Source: Dimorphilus gyrociliatus
Taxonomy: Eukaryota > Animalia > Annelida
Assembly: GCA_904063045.1 (NCBI GenBank)
Contig: CAJFCJ010000026.1
Location: 412,964 to 476,963 of the forward strand
Length of the DNA: 64,000 nt
Reading direction: 5' to 3'
The translations under genes and the position numbers were made by a program. How positions within the stretch are numbered: the first letter of the stretch is position 1; each line of letters starts with the position of its first letter. The notes beneath the pieces were generated by a model, which searched no databases, had not been told where the DNA came from, and saw only the letters and a list, made by a program, of their open reading frames with translations. This document shows, one piece after another, positions 38,550 to 50,600 of the stretch.

Positions 38550-39671
38550 TTATTGATATTGAGAATGAGGTTGAGGAGGAGTAAATAGCGTCGGCGGCGG
38601 CGGAAGAGAACTAGTTATAATACGAAGATCTAAATTACGAGTACGAATTTTATTATTCTCTTTTCCCTTTCCTTTTCCTTTTCGTTCGACAAACTTTCTC
38701 TTTAATTGTTTCGATACGATATTATCAATCTTATGAATGACAATCGGTGATTTACGACTATAACTCGAACATTGACGATAATCGAATAATTTCTTTTTAT
38801 CCTTATCATTCTTATCTAATTTCGTAATTAAATACTTTTTAAACGTAACATTCTGTTTAGTATTAGTAGGAGGACTCGGAGGTGGTGGTGAAGGAGGAGG
38901 TGGAGGAGGAGGCGGCGGAGAAGGAGGTGGTGGTGGAGGAGGAGGAGGAGGAGGTGGAGGCGGAGACGGAGGCGGCAAAGTTGTAGTAGCAGGAGGCTGC
39001 GGTGAAGCAGGAATCAACCATCCTTGAGGTTTTTTTTCAATTACCCAAGTCTCCAAAGGTAACGATTTGAGCGGTACCCAAGAAAGAAACTTTAAATCAT
39101 CTCTACCATACTCAACTGGTGTAAACGGAAACGTTAACTTTTGGTCATCATCCTCAAAATCCTCGTATATTTTCATATCCTTTCCCTCATTATCGCTCAT
39201 ATCGAGAAATTCACTATTTATTAGTAAATTCTCAATTTGTTTTTCCCATTTTTCCAATTCCTCCAAAGTTTTCAATCCAATATCGTAAAGATTATTCGTC
39301 TTATCATTTTTTATCCTATCGTTATTGAATTTAAATATCGGTACTATCCTTAAATTGTTTATATCGTGTAATAAAAAATGCTGACTAATCAATTTTCCTT
39401 TTCCGTATAAATTCTTAATTTTATAATAACTTTTCAAAAGATTTAACTTTCCCATAGTTTTATCGATCGATACAAAATTACAAATATCGCATTTAATACA
39501 AAAAACAACAAATTCATCTTGACACGTTATCCTATCATTTACCTCTATTAAAACATTACATTTATCTACTGTAAATACCTTTGATTCAATAATTAATGGA
39601 CATAAATCACAATTCTTTAATAAACATTTAAAAGAACCTTTCGCTCCGTATAATTCACTCTTTGACGACAT
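38550..39671 (-). CDS. 373-aa protein: degenerate Penelope-type GIY-YIG endonuclease-like domain, acidic linker, poly-proline tract, basic tail
   Basis: Longest ORF, uninterrupted. CLLKNCDLCPLI..ITC..VVFCIKCDICNFVSIDKT..ISQHFLLHDINNLRIVPI..LEELEKWEKQI follows the PLE endonuclease layout. YY1-like cgccatattg just upstream (~39703-39712). Confidence 0.75.
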   Translation of the reverse strand: MSSKSELYGAKGSFKCLLKNCDLCPLIIESKVFTVDKCNVLIEVNDRITCQDEFVVFCIKCDICNFVSIDKTMGKLNLLKSYYKIKNLYGKGKLISQHFLLHDINNLRIVPIFKFNNDRIKNDKTNNLYDIGLKTLEELEKWEKQIENLLINSEFLDMSDNEGKDMKIYEDFEDDDQKLTFPFTPVEYGRDDLKFLSWVPLKSLPLETWVIEKKPQGWLIPASPQPPATTTLPPPSPPPPPPPPPPPPPPSPPPPPPPPPSPPPPSPPTNTKQNVTFKKYLITKLDKNDKDKKKLFDYRQCSSYSRKSPIVIHKIDNIVSKQLKRKFVERKGKGKGKENNKIRTRNLDLRIITSSLPPPPTLFTPPQPHSQYQ

Positions 39672-40080
39672 TTCTTCTCCTTTTTCCCCTTACTCTCTTT
39701 CAATATGGCGTCCGAACGGTAAATGATCTCCTTTTCTAGACTGGTTTCTTAGTCGGTTCTTTCCATTATATTGCTTTCGTATTGAATGTTTTCAACGAGG
39801 ATTAAGTAACCATACATTACAAATAAAAGGACCGTACTTTTCTTCTCCCATTTCCTGTTGTTTAAAAATACGGCGAACGTTAGTACATCCGCCACACAAC
39901 GCAATTTTTTAACAAGGTTTCCTATTCCACATCATAATTACCCTATAACATTAATGATATCCATCGGGTAACCCTTAAAATTTAATGGTAGGACCGTACT
40001 TTAAACATACATAAAAATGAAAAATTAATTATTAATATCAAATACAGAAACTTGTTGAAAATCCATTTAAATTAAATATT

Positions 40081-40322
40081 TTCTTGAATATTAAAGAGCA
40101 ACATTTGTTAGCACTCATGAATATTAATAAGCGAATATGTAAATACTCATGAATATTAATAAGCAAATATGTTAATATTCATGAATATTAAAGAGCAAAA
40201 TTTATTATACTCATGAATATAAATAAGCAAATATGTTAATACTCATGAATATTAATTAGCAAATATGTCAATACTCATGAATAACAATTAGCAAATATGT
40301 TAAATATCAACTCATGAATATT
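40081..40322 (+). repeat. 32-bp minisatellite, ~7.5 copies (ACTCATGAATATTAATAAGCAAATATGTTAAT)
   Basis: Units start at 40113, 40145, 40177, 40209, 40241, 40273; degenerate first (40081) and last (40310) units. Confidence 0.95.
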
Positions 40323-40459
40323 CACGTTTTTTCATTAATAATATTTTGTTAATATATAAATTATTTTTATTTATTTCAGTCTTATTTTTAGTTTCTTCCT
40401 CTTTATCTGTCTCATTAATCAAGTGAAAAGATAATCTTTTCCTCTGAATTATAACAACA

Positions 40460-42050
40460 TGCATTGCGCACAGGACGGAAACCATACTATAAAAATATTT
40501 ACATGAGTTACAAAAATACCATAAATTGTTTTCTTCTCATTTTCTTTTAGCATGGTTACATGTTCCTTCTATTTAAAAAAGAACATATTTTTTAATGGCA
40601 TGATTTATTTAAAAAGTATTTATTCTGATTGGAAGAAGGAAACCACTAAAATTCATAAACGACGGACAATAACCACATTAAAAGTAAACTGTAATTAAAA
40701 TGGAACAGGAACCATATTACTTTTTTTTGAATTTCAGAATTTCAAAAAAAGTAACGTTTTTTTTTAAAGTTTGGTATTGTTTATATTTTAGTATCACTCA
40801 TGTTAAAAAATTGACTAGAATTTACCAAAAATGACAACGAAACAAAGTTTCGGTCTATCGAAAGTCTAGTTTATTATGCGCTAGTACACGAAACCATACT
40901 ATTCGTCAAGAATTTTCAAGATGTTAAAGCAGTGTTATAAATTTAACTTTTTGTCAATGGTGTTGTTGGTTTTTAGGACAGGAACCACACTACCCATTTT
41001 CAAAACAGAACGGGAGCCATGTTAAATTTCTATAGAAGAAAATCTAATTAAAACGTAGAAGCAGTTTATTAACAAGGTAAGAGAATTTGTTACAATTACA
41101 AATAATACTAAAGTTTAATGTTAAACAAACACCACACTAACACAAAATTTTTTCAACAAATTTTATAGAATACACATCTTATAAAAAAAGGAATTGGAAC
41201 CATCTTAATTACTTTACCGTTGTTATAGTCAATTATAAACTAAAGTGTTTCAAGGCGGAATAGGATCCATACCAAGATTTGTAAAATTTTTCTTTACAGG
41301 ACGGAAACCATACTATTAAAATATTTAAACTTTAAAAAAAATACTATAAATTATTTCTTGATGTTTTCTTCTTATTTTCTTTTAGCATGGTTACGTGTTC
41401 CCTATATATTTTTTAATGCCAATGTTTATTTAAAAGGTAAAACACTGAAATATATATTCAAATTTTTCAAATTTTTCAAAATTTCCAACTTTTAAATAAC
41501 CGACAACAACCGCATTAAAACAATGAAAAGTTGCAATTTAGCGTTAAATGAACACATTTCTGCAATTATTATTAGAAATATACATTAAAATGGAACAGGA
41601 ACCATATTAATTTTTTTTTTCAATTTTACAATTTCAAAATGAGTAACGTTTTTTTTAATAGTTTGGTATTGTTTATATTTTAATGTCAATCAATCATGTT
41701 AAAATTGACGAAAGTCGTCTATTGAAAGTTTATTTTATTACAGAAAACCATACTAAATCTAATTTAGAACTAGAACCAGTTTTTTTAACAATCTAATAGC
41801 ATTCGTTAAAATTATTTGTGGTTTTAAGATGAAAAATTATACTAAAATCTAATTCGAAAGAGTTTGTATTGTTGAACGAAAACCACACTAAAACAAATTT
41901 TACAGAATACAAAAAGGAATTAGAACCATCCTAATTACTACACCGCTGTTTTTAAATAAAATAGTAAGTAACTATAGTCAATTATAATGTGAAATTTTAA
42001 ACAATAGACACACTGGAGTGTTTCAAGACGGAACTGGATCCATCTTAAAT
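40460..42050 (+). repeat. Local direct duplications of motif-array segments (40460-40800 vs 41295-41710; ~41100-41280 vs ~41880-42050)
   Basis: Shared caggacggaaaccatactat, ttttcttttagcatggttac, aaaatggaacaggaaccatatta, gtttggtattgtttatatttta. Confidence 0.8.
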
Positions 42051-43699
42051 AACTAAAATTTTTCTTTAAAATAAATTTTAGTGTGGTTCCTGTCTAGTAT
42101 TGAATAGTACAATCTCAACAACATATTATTATACTGTTTGAACAAAGAACAATGCTGAAAATGAGTGCAAGTTTTTCCAAAAAAAAATTGAAATTTATAT
42201 AGTGTGGTTCCTTTTCCGTATTAAAAATTTTCGCGATATTTTTAGTATTTTAGTCCGATTATTATCAATTTTCTACAATCCTTACAATACATATTTATCG
42301 TAGAATTGTATGGTTCTTGTCTCCTTTTTTAAAACATATTTTTTTTTGAGAGGGAACCATACTAAAATATCGTCAGATAATTGTTGATACTGTCTGAAGA
42401 ACAAGTCTAATTATCATCTATAGAGATAATGTCTCAAAAAATCAAATAATAGTTTTTTGTATAAAAGTAGAGAACGGAAACCATACTATTTAATAATTTA
42501 ATAGTATGTCATTTTTTCTACTATTATTTTTTTAATGTTATAATTCGTTCTCAATTTAGTATCATCTCCATAAAACAAATGTTTTTTTTGGGTGAGAACG
42601 GGGACCACTCTTCATATTATTTATCTTAATTTTATCTAAATAAATGTTAGAAATACACAAGAAAAAATATTAACATTTCTGCAAAGTATGAGACAGGAAC
42701 CATATTACATAATATTTCAACTTTTTTTTATCAATAATGTAACAATTGATTAAGCAAAGGTCAAGGTCAAAAATTTTAAAAAGAGTTTGCAATTATTAAT
42801 CGTTAATTTAAGTAATAAATGAAATTGAAATTCGATTCAGTTCAGAATTGGAACCAGTTTAAAAAAAGATTATAACAAAAAACTAGCTGCTTCCAAATTT
42901 TTGAATAATTATTTATTTTTATGAAACAACCTTTTATAAAATAATTTTGTTTTTTCATCATTTTACAGGGAACCATACTAGTAAAAGAATTAATCAGATT
43001 TAAAAAATATTTATATATTCTATAGAAGAAAATGCAATTTGAAACTGGAACCAGTTTAATGGTTCCAACCTGTAATAAAATATGTAGCAAAAGAAGAGCG
43101 GAAAACATATTTGAACTTATTTCTAAATTTAATTTCTTTCTGTGAGAATAAGAACCATACTAAAACAAATTTAAAAAAATGGATACTTTTACACCAAGCA
43201 GAAAACTATTTATAGAAAAAAAAAAGGAACGAGAACCATGCTACTTGCTACATCATTCTTTCTTGTGAGTGAGAAGCAGTCTTTAATTATGAAACAACAA
43301 CCAGACTCATCAATTTAGCTGAAGAATTATGGAGAAAACATCCACTATGTGAAGAAAATGTTAAAAAATACTTTTTCAAATTTAAATTTTTATTGATTTT
43401 GAGATATATCCAAAACATTCCCATAATGCAATCACTTTTGGTAGCCATTTTGAAATCCAGACAGGAAACCGTTCTGGGATCTTCTACGTTTTTCATGGAA
43501 AGTGAATATTGTGGATATTTCATCTATAATTTTTCAGAATTTTTTGCAGTTTGAAATATATTTCACTATTGAAAACCATCAGACAAAACACAAACTTTAG
43601 AATTGATATCAGTAAGTTATAAATTAGCTTTATTTTTATAGCAGCCATTTTGTTTATCATTATTGTTAATTGTTTAATTTTTAAATTTAAACAGTTGGT

Positions 43700-45060
43700 T
43701 ATTAATAGAGATTCCAAATTGTAACATTTTCTGTGACATATCAATGAAGAAATGCATTGTTACACTGCAAAGGCTACCTTCTAGTGAATCTGTTAATGAA
43801 GAAATAAGTCAAACACCAAATTTTGATACAGCAAATAATAGAAATGAGCAAACTATTGTTTGTGAAAATCATTGTGGAAATTCAAGTGGAAATGATACAA
43901 ATGGCAATATTATGGAAACACACAATGTTTTAGTTGAAGATCTTCCAGCTCAACAAAATAATATGATGGAAGTTTCATTTATAGTTTCTCCAAAATCAGA
44001 TTGTGAGAAAGAAAGTTATTCATTTAAAATCTTAAAGGGAATGAGCCAGAAAGGAAAAGATTTGCTACTTTGCAACAATTTCTGCTACAATATTAAAGAA
44101 AAGAGAAACAAGACAACATTCTGGATATGCAGTGTTAGGAACAAAAGAAATAAATGTTCAGCAACAGTTACTCAGCATTGTAGTTCTAGTGAAGTTATTC
44201 CATCTCTAGATAATTGTACAAGACTGGCAAACTGGACAAGAAAGAAGTTTAGACCAGCTGAACCTCAAAGTATTCACTTCAACTTGGCTTTTATTCCTGA
44301 TGATTTTTTACAAATGGATATACAAATGGAGAATGATAGAATACTAATATTTTCAACTACAAAGCAAATTGAATTATTATCTAAAGGCAAAATATGGTTT
44401 ATGGATGGCACATTTAAATGTGTGAAAGACCCTTTTTATCAACTTTTTTCTATTCATGGATTTATAAAAAAAAATGGAGAAATAAAACAAATTCCAATGG
44501 CTTTTGCTTTTAAATTGAATAATCTAATTTGTTAAATTAACAGGCAATACAAGATTTAACAAATGGGCATAGCCCCAAAAAAGTTGTTGTAGACTTTGAA
44601 AAAGCTATTTGGAAAGCACTATCATTCACTTATCCTGAAGCAAACATTAAAGGGTGTGTTTTTCACTGGACACAGAAAGATTCAAGTAATACTTTAATTT
44701 AGCATTTGAGCTCTAGATAGAACTGACATATTTATTTCCAGGAATTAGGATTATGTAAGATGTACAAGGAGAAAAAAGCTGAATATAGAATCATGAAGAA
44801 ATTTATGGCATTACCATTCCTGCCCTCTGATCTGATAGAGCCAACATTTAAGACTATTAAGGAAATAAGTGCTGTTGAAATGAAGTCTCTATTGGAGTAC
44901 ATTGAGACATAATGGATAAATGGATTTTATAAACCAGAGCTATGGTCTGTATATATGGTGAGGCTATAAGGACAAATAATGATCTTGAAGGCTGGCATCA
45001 CAGGCTTAACAAGAAAAATTTGTACACAGCACAGAAAAGCGTATCAGAATATTCAAAGCA
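43700..45060 (+). mobile_element. FLYWCH-MULE transposase pseudogene (best-preserved core)
   Basis: ORF 43744-44535 with FLYWCH (GMSQKGKDLL..FCYNIK..FWICSVR) and MULE DDE start (WFMDGTFKCVKDPFYQLFSIHG); continues VVDFEKAIW..GCVFHWTQ; 56-nt intron 44686-44741 then ELG; TNNDLEGWHHRLN; stops and deletions present. Confidence 0.9.
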
Positions 45061-45926
45061 AAATATTCAGCTTATGGGAACAATCAATATATTAATATTT
45101 AAATATTTGTAATTCTTATTATTCATTTTTTCCTGTACCCTCCACTGAAATATTTCAGGGCGGAACAGGATCCATACTAACCGAAAATTTCTAATTGTTT
45201 TCTCTAAAAAAAAATGTCTAAAATGCTTATAAAAGAATTAGTGTGGTTACCTGTTCATGTTTAAAAAACTGTACAATTTCTAGCTTCGTTAAATTATTTT
45301 GCTAGTCCGGTTATTATCTATTCTGTTGATATTGAAAACAGATAATAATGTGGCTCTTGTCCCTTTTTATACAGTTATTTAGTATTGTTCCCGTCCGCCA
45401 ATTCAAATATTTTTTCTAAACGTATCAAGTGTTCCATACATGATAAAAAGTAGTAGTTTTGGAAAAGAACCCGTCTACATACGAAATACTTTAGGAATTA
45501 AATTATCTGAGTAAATTACTCATGTTTATCAAATATGAAACATGCTAAAAAAAAAAATTCATGTTGAAAATAAATTAGTATGGTTAGTATTCCTCATCTT
45601 TTTCAAAATAACGTATATACTGTTGATTTCTGCAAAGTTATCATAGTATCATGAAACCCAACCAGAACTTCATTAACTTTATTTATATATTTTTCAAACA
45701 AAATATGAAAAAATTTTGTTTATACATTTTTTATTTTCAAGACGGAAACCATACTTTTTGTCTTTAAGACAGTTTCTTATATTTTGTCTAACAAGTTGTT
45801 TTGAAATTTATTTATTTCTCATACCAAAATGTAGTTATTGACAAAATATTACATTCAGTGTGGGACAGGAACCAGATTAGAATAAATTTGAAATGACACA
45901 TTTCTTGGATTTTTGTATTTAACAAA

Positions 45927-47648
45927 GGGGTCAGGACAGTTCGCCCCATTTTAGGGATACTTTATCCCTTTCAAGATTGATTGACCCTTCAGTAGGGAAA
46001 GAGTGATGTTCTACTTATTACATTTTGTTATTTGTTATTTTACTGTTATTTTTATATCTTTGATATTCTCAGCAAAACATACCTCATTAATGTTTCTGTT
46101 ACCAGTTTTTTTTACAAATCTATTTCCTGTTCCTCTGAAGGAAAAGTCTTTTGAATTAAATGAATTTTTATTATTTTGAATGTTACTTTACAGAGATTGG
46201 TTTAACTATTGAATTGATTGGTGTAAAAATGAATTTAAAAACCTGTTGGTGTTGTATGAGGAAATTTTATTGGAATCAGCAAAAAATAAGATGCAAATTA
46301 TGTAAACACTTTTATCACCAAAAGTGCTCAAAAGGTAATTGAATTTATTTTTTTTCATTTATTTCAATGAATTTTTTTTATAAAGCAGATGCTGATTATT
46401 GTGTTGATTGTTTCAATATTACAAAACAACAAGTTGTTATCAGAATAAGAGAAGAGTAGATCAAATGATGGAAGAAAATGGATTTGATAAAAGTAGTCCT
46501 AAACATATGTCTACTGTTAATAAAACCTTTCAGGAAGAAAATCAGGTGATGTATTAAACTTAATCTTTCTTCAATTATTAACATGAAATTCTGCTTACAG
46601 TTAACATTATCATTTGATTTTGAAAATAACTTTGTGGAAAATGAGGAAGGAAGAAGTCATTCATCAGATAATGATCAAGAAAGAAGAATTGATGTACATG
46701 ATGAAATTTCATTCAATAAAAGTCAGGAAGTCAATTCTGATGCTGAAAATGTTGATACTTTTCAAATAATAGAAGGAGGAAGTAGGAAAGGAAAAGATAT
46801 TTTATTACATAAGAACTTCTCATACACAATTAAGAATACTACAAAAACATCTAAAACTTGGAAATGTACTCAGAGATCAAAAACACAAAGCTGTACAGCA
46901 TACATGTTTAACTCTTTTTAATATACCTCTCATACTTTGTATAACACTAGAAACTTGGCTATATAAATGATTATAATGAGAAGAGTCATTATGGAAAAAT
47001 GCTAAGAAAGTTGATGTGTCTACCTTATCTGCCCCAAGAATTCATCACTTCAAAGTTTTATGAAATAAAGATGAAGCTGTTGGAAGAAAATGTGTACAGT
47101 GATCTTTTGGATTATATTGAAAAAACATATATCAATAGCAAAATATGGAAGCAAAAGTATTGGTCTATCTATCAATTGGCAGTGAGGACAAACAACAATG
47201 TTGAGGGATGGCACTCAAGATTGAATAAATCTTTACAAGCAAATGGAAATTTGTATAATTTGGTACAAGAGCTGGCAAGGGAAGCAGAGTTGGTACAAGT
47301 TTATAAGATACTGCTATCTGAGAAAAAGTTGAAGAAAATGCAGAGTAAAAAATATGAATATCTACAGTTTGATATTTTCAGCTACTGGGATAAGTTTGAA
47401 AAGAGGGAAATTAGTCTAGATGATCTTTTGAATCATTTAGTTCAGTTGAATATTGCATAACATTTCATTTTACATTTTACATCATGTACTTGTTTTCTTA
47501 GTTATTTCCATCTTGATAATACAAATAGAATTACTAAATATCATTCATTTATCATTTATATCTCATATCTTATCTTCAAAAGTTATAAAGAAGGGCAAAA
47601 AAGTATGTCAGCTATCCTTTAAAATATGGGGCGAACTGTCCCTGAACC
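45927..47648 (+). mobile_element. Complete non-autonomous MULE (1722 bp) with TIRs and 9-bp TSD
   Basis: Left TIR ggggtcaggacagttcgccccat, right TIR revcomp ggttcagggacagttcgccccat; identical TSD tttaacaaa at 45918-45926 and 47649-47657. Confidence 0.92.
46229..47460 (+). pseudogene. PHD-FLYWCH-MULE transposase with DDE core deleted
   Basis: MNLKTCWCC..CKLCKHFYHQKCSK, intron 46335-46388, DADYCVDC; FLYWCH in ORF 46583-46921; C-terminus in ORF 46999-47460 (LPYLP..RTNNNVEGWHSRLN). Confidence 0.85.
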
Positions 47649-50600
47649 TTTAACAAATGGCTAACGGTCAATGTTAATATATAATATATGCACTATGTGT
47701 ATAAGCGGAACAGGAACCATGCAAACCAAAATTATTATTTTTGTTGAGATTTTTTCCAGCATTTCAAGGTTTTTAGCTAGTATGGTTCGTGTCCAATACT
47801 GGAAAAACTCTTTAAGAAAAAAGATTGTTAACGATATTCTACATTTTGAAAAACACTTTATTAAGTAAAATAGAGTGGCTCTTATCCAACATTAGAAAAG
47901 AAGTAAAATTTAAATTCTAAAAATCATGCATTCAATATTGTAATTCATGAATTTTTTCCACTACAATTAGGCCACCAAAACTTTTTTTTAGTAAAAGTGG
48001 TAGTGTAAGAGAATGGATTAGAAAAAGAAACCCGTCTAGATGATAAAATGCTTGTAAAATACAATGAAATTTCGTGTTACTTTTAGGATTAAACAAAACT
48101 ACAAAATTGTCTTTACAAAGAAAAGGGTACCATACTAATTTATCATTGACAAAGTTTTGCTAATATGGTTTTATTTTTACAAATGTTATTGGAAATGGAA
48201 ACCACACTAGAAAAAAAACGATATATTTTCTTGATTGGAATTGGAACCATACTAACCGCAAATTATTTAAAATTAATCTTTTTGAATAATTTTGATTTTA
48301 ATTTTTCTTACAAACAGCGAAGGGTTTTTAGAAAATCGTTTGTTTTGTATGAAATTAAGACATTTACTCAATTACGAAATGTAGATATCTATCCAATGAC
48401 AGGAACCATACTAAAAGACATTTTACTTTTTAACTTCGGGCTAGGAAAACCACCACACTGGACTAGACCAGTAAATACCATCGCATTTTGGAAAGGGGAA
48501 CCAAACTACAAAAACGTTTTAATACAAGACGTATTTTGTGTCGACTAAAATTTTTTTCATTTTCGACAATGCTTTTTTATGCCAAAAACTTTTTCTCTTA
48601 AATTAACCTTAAGACACCACACTGATTTTCTATAAATACGTCATTGCAAATATTTTTAAAATTTTAGGGGAGGAACCATACTTTTAAAAAAACACTGTCA
48701 AAGAAAAAAATCATATTTTTCAGATAGGACAGGAACCACATTAGAATATTTTTGTAACCTAATATTCTAGTATGGTCCCCGTCGTTGTTTATATATTTTT
48801 AAAGTATGAACCACATTTATATATTTTAGTGTGGTTATCTTTCAAAACTGTACAATTGCAAATTGAAATTATAAAGAATTATAGGAATTTAAAAAAAGGG
48901 TTGTAGTGTGGTTCCCTTTGAAACAAACCTTAGGATAATGAACAAGTGAAGCATCTTTTTTTTCCTTTGGACTATATTTTTAGAGAACCATACTAAAATC
49001 CAGTTTTGTTAAAAATATAAAGATAAATACTTAGAAAACATCCATTTTGGATGCTGGACTTTTGTTGTTTGAATTTTTTCATTCAAAGAAACCCTATTAT
49101 CAAGTGGAATCACACCAAAAATATTTTGTTAAATGGATTACTATACCATACTAAAAAGATAGTTGAACTACTTCATTAAAATATGTTCTAATATGATTAC
49201 CAATAATTAATCATATAACTACTTGTAGTAAATTAATATTAAGATGGTTCTCACCTCAAATTAGAGCTTGTTTCTCTGATGAAAACCTCCCGTGAATTAC
49301 AACATAGAACCACATTAAAAAGAATAAAGAATATGAAAAAATAATGTCAAAGATAATGAGTGTTTTTTTTTTTTAAAAGACGGGAACCACACTACCTGTG
49401 ATGATTCCACTGTGTTGTTTTAATTTTGGGCAGGAACCGCACTAAAAAAGTATTGATAGAAAAAGGTCTTTTTTAAGAAACCTTAGTATGGTTCTCATTC
49501 GAAACAGAAACATATATGTTTGAACCATACGAAGTTATGAATCTTCCGGTTTTTTTAAAAAGTAAAAGAAACCATACTAAAAATTGTTTTGGATAATTCT
49601 CCTAATAGAACAGATTCCATTTTTAATACATTAAATATTTAAAACCTTGGCTAATTCTCCGTATTTACCCGTTTCAGACTGGTTCAATTAAATGCTGCGG
49701 TAACCGCGTTAGGACAAGGAACCTTACTAAAAGGTAATTTTAAAAAATTTAAAAATTAAGTTTTTTTTATAATAACAAACAGGAACCACACTAAAAAAGA
49801 AAGCAATTTAAAATAATTTCTTTTTAAGGTAGCCAGGCTACATTTTTGAATTATCGTAAATTTTTAGTATGGCAACCCTTCCAAATGAATTTTAAAACCT
49901 AAGGTTAGCCTTAACATTTAGAATGTAAGATAGTGTGGTGCACAAAAGATTTTACATTTTAAGCCAGTTAAACAAATTTATTGAAATTTTCAAAAGAATC
50001 GGACAGACTAAAAAAATAATTGTAGTATGGTTACTATTCCAAAAAACATTGATGTTATCTTTTAATAGTAAGGTGTATTACAAAATTACTTTTTGTACTA
50101 TTATTGTCAGGTTGTCATTCCAAAACAAAGCATTCACTGAGTTTTTTAAGAATAGGAACCATACTAGAAAAGCTGTATTCTGAAAAAATTACTTTCTAAA
50201 AAATTTCCTCAATTCTTTAGTGTTTCTCTTGTTTTTTTAAAGGATTAGAACCACACTAAAAAGTTAAGGGGGAGAACATGAACCACTGTCAAAAAGTCCT
50301 TTTTTTGGGCAGGACGGAAACCACACTAAAGTTTTTTTTTTAATTTTAGAAAGAGGAACCAGGAAACCTGTCTAAACGGGCGCCCAATGATTACTTTTAG
50401 AGATGTATAGAACTTTGATTTTTTTTAGTGTGGTTTCTTTTAATGTAACAGTTTTATATATGACGAATTTGATTTAAACTGGTTCTCTTTAAAAACCATA
50501 GTATGGTAAAATATTATTTAGTTTTATTCAGTGGGACGGGAGCCACACTAAAATTAAAAATAAGTATACTATTGTTCAAAAGTAAAAAATGAATTGGAAC

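Noticed and set aside
38860-39010. Formin FH1/WASP assignment from the poly-proline tract
   Set aside because: No FH2 or WH2 domain; poly-Pro alone is not diagnostic
39067-39288. Plus-strand 73-aa ORF
   Set aside because: Antisense shadow of the GIY-YIG-like gene
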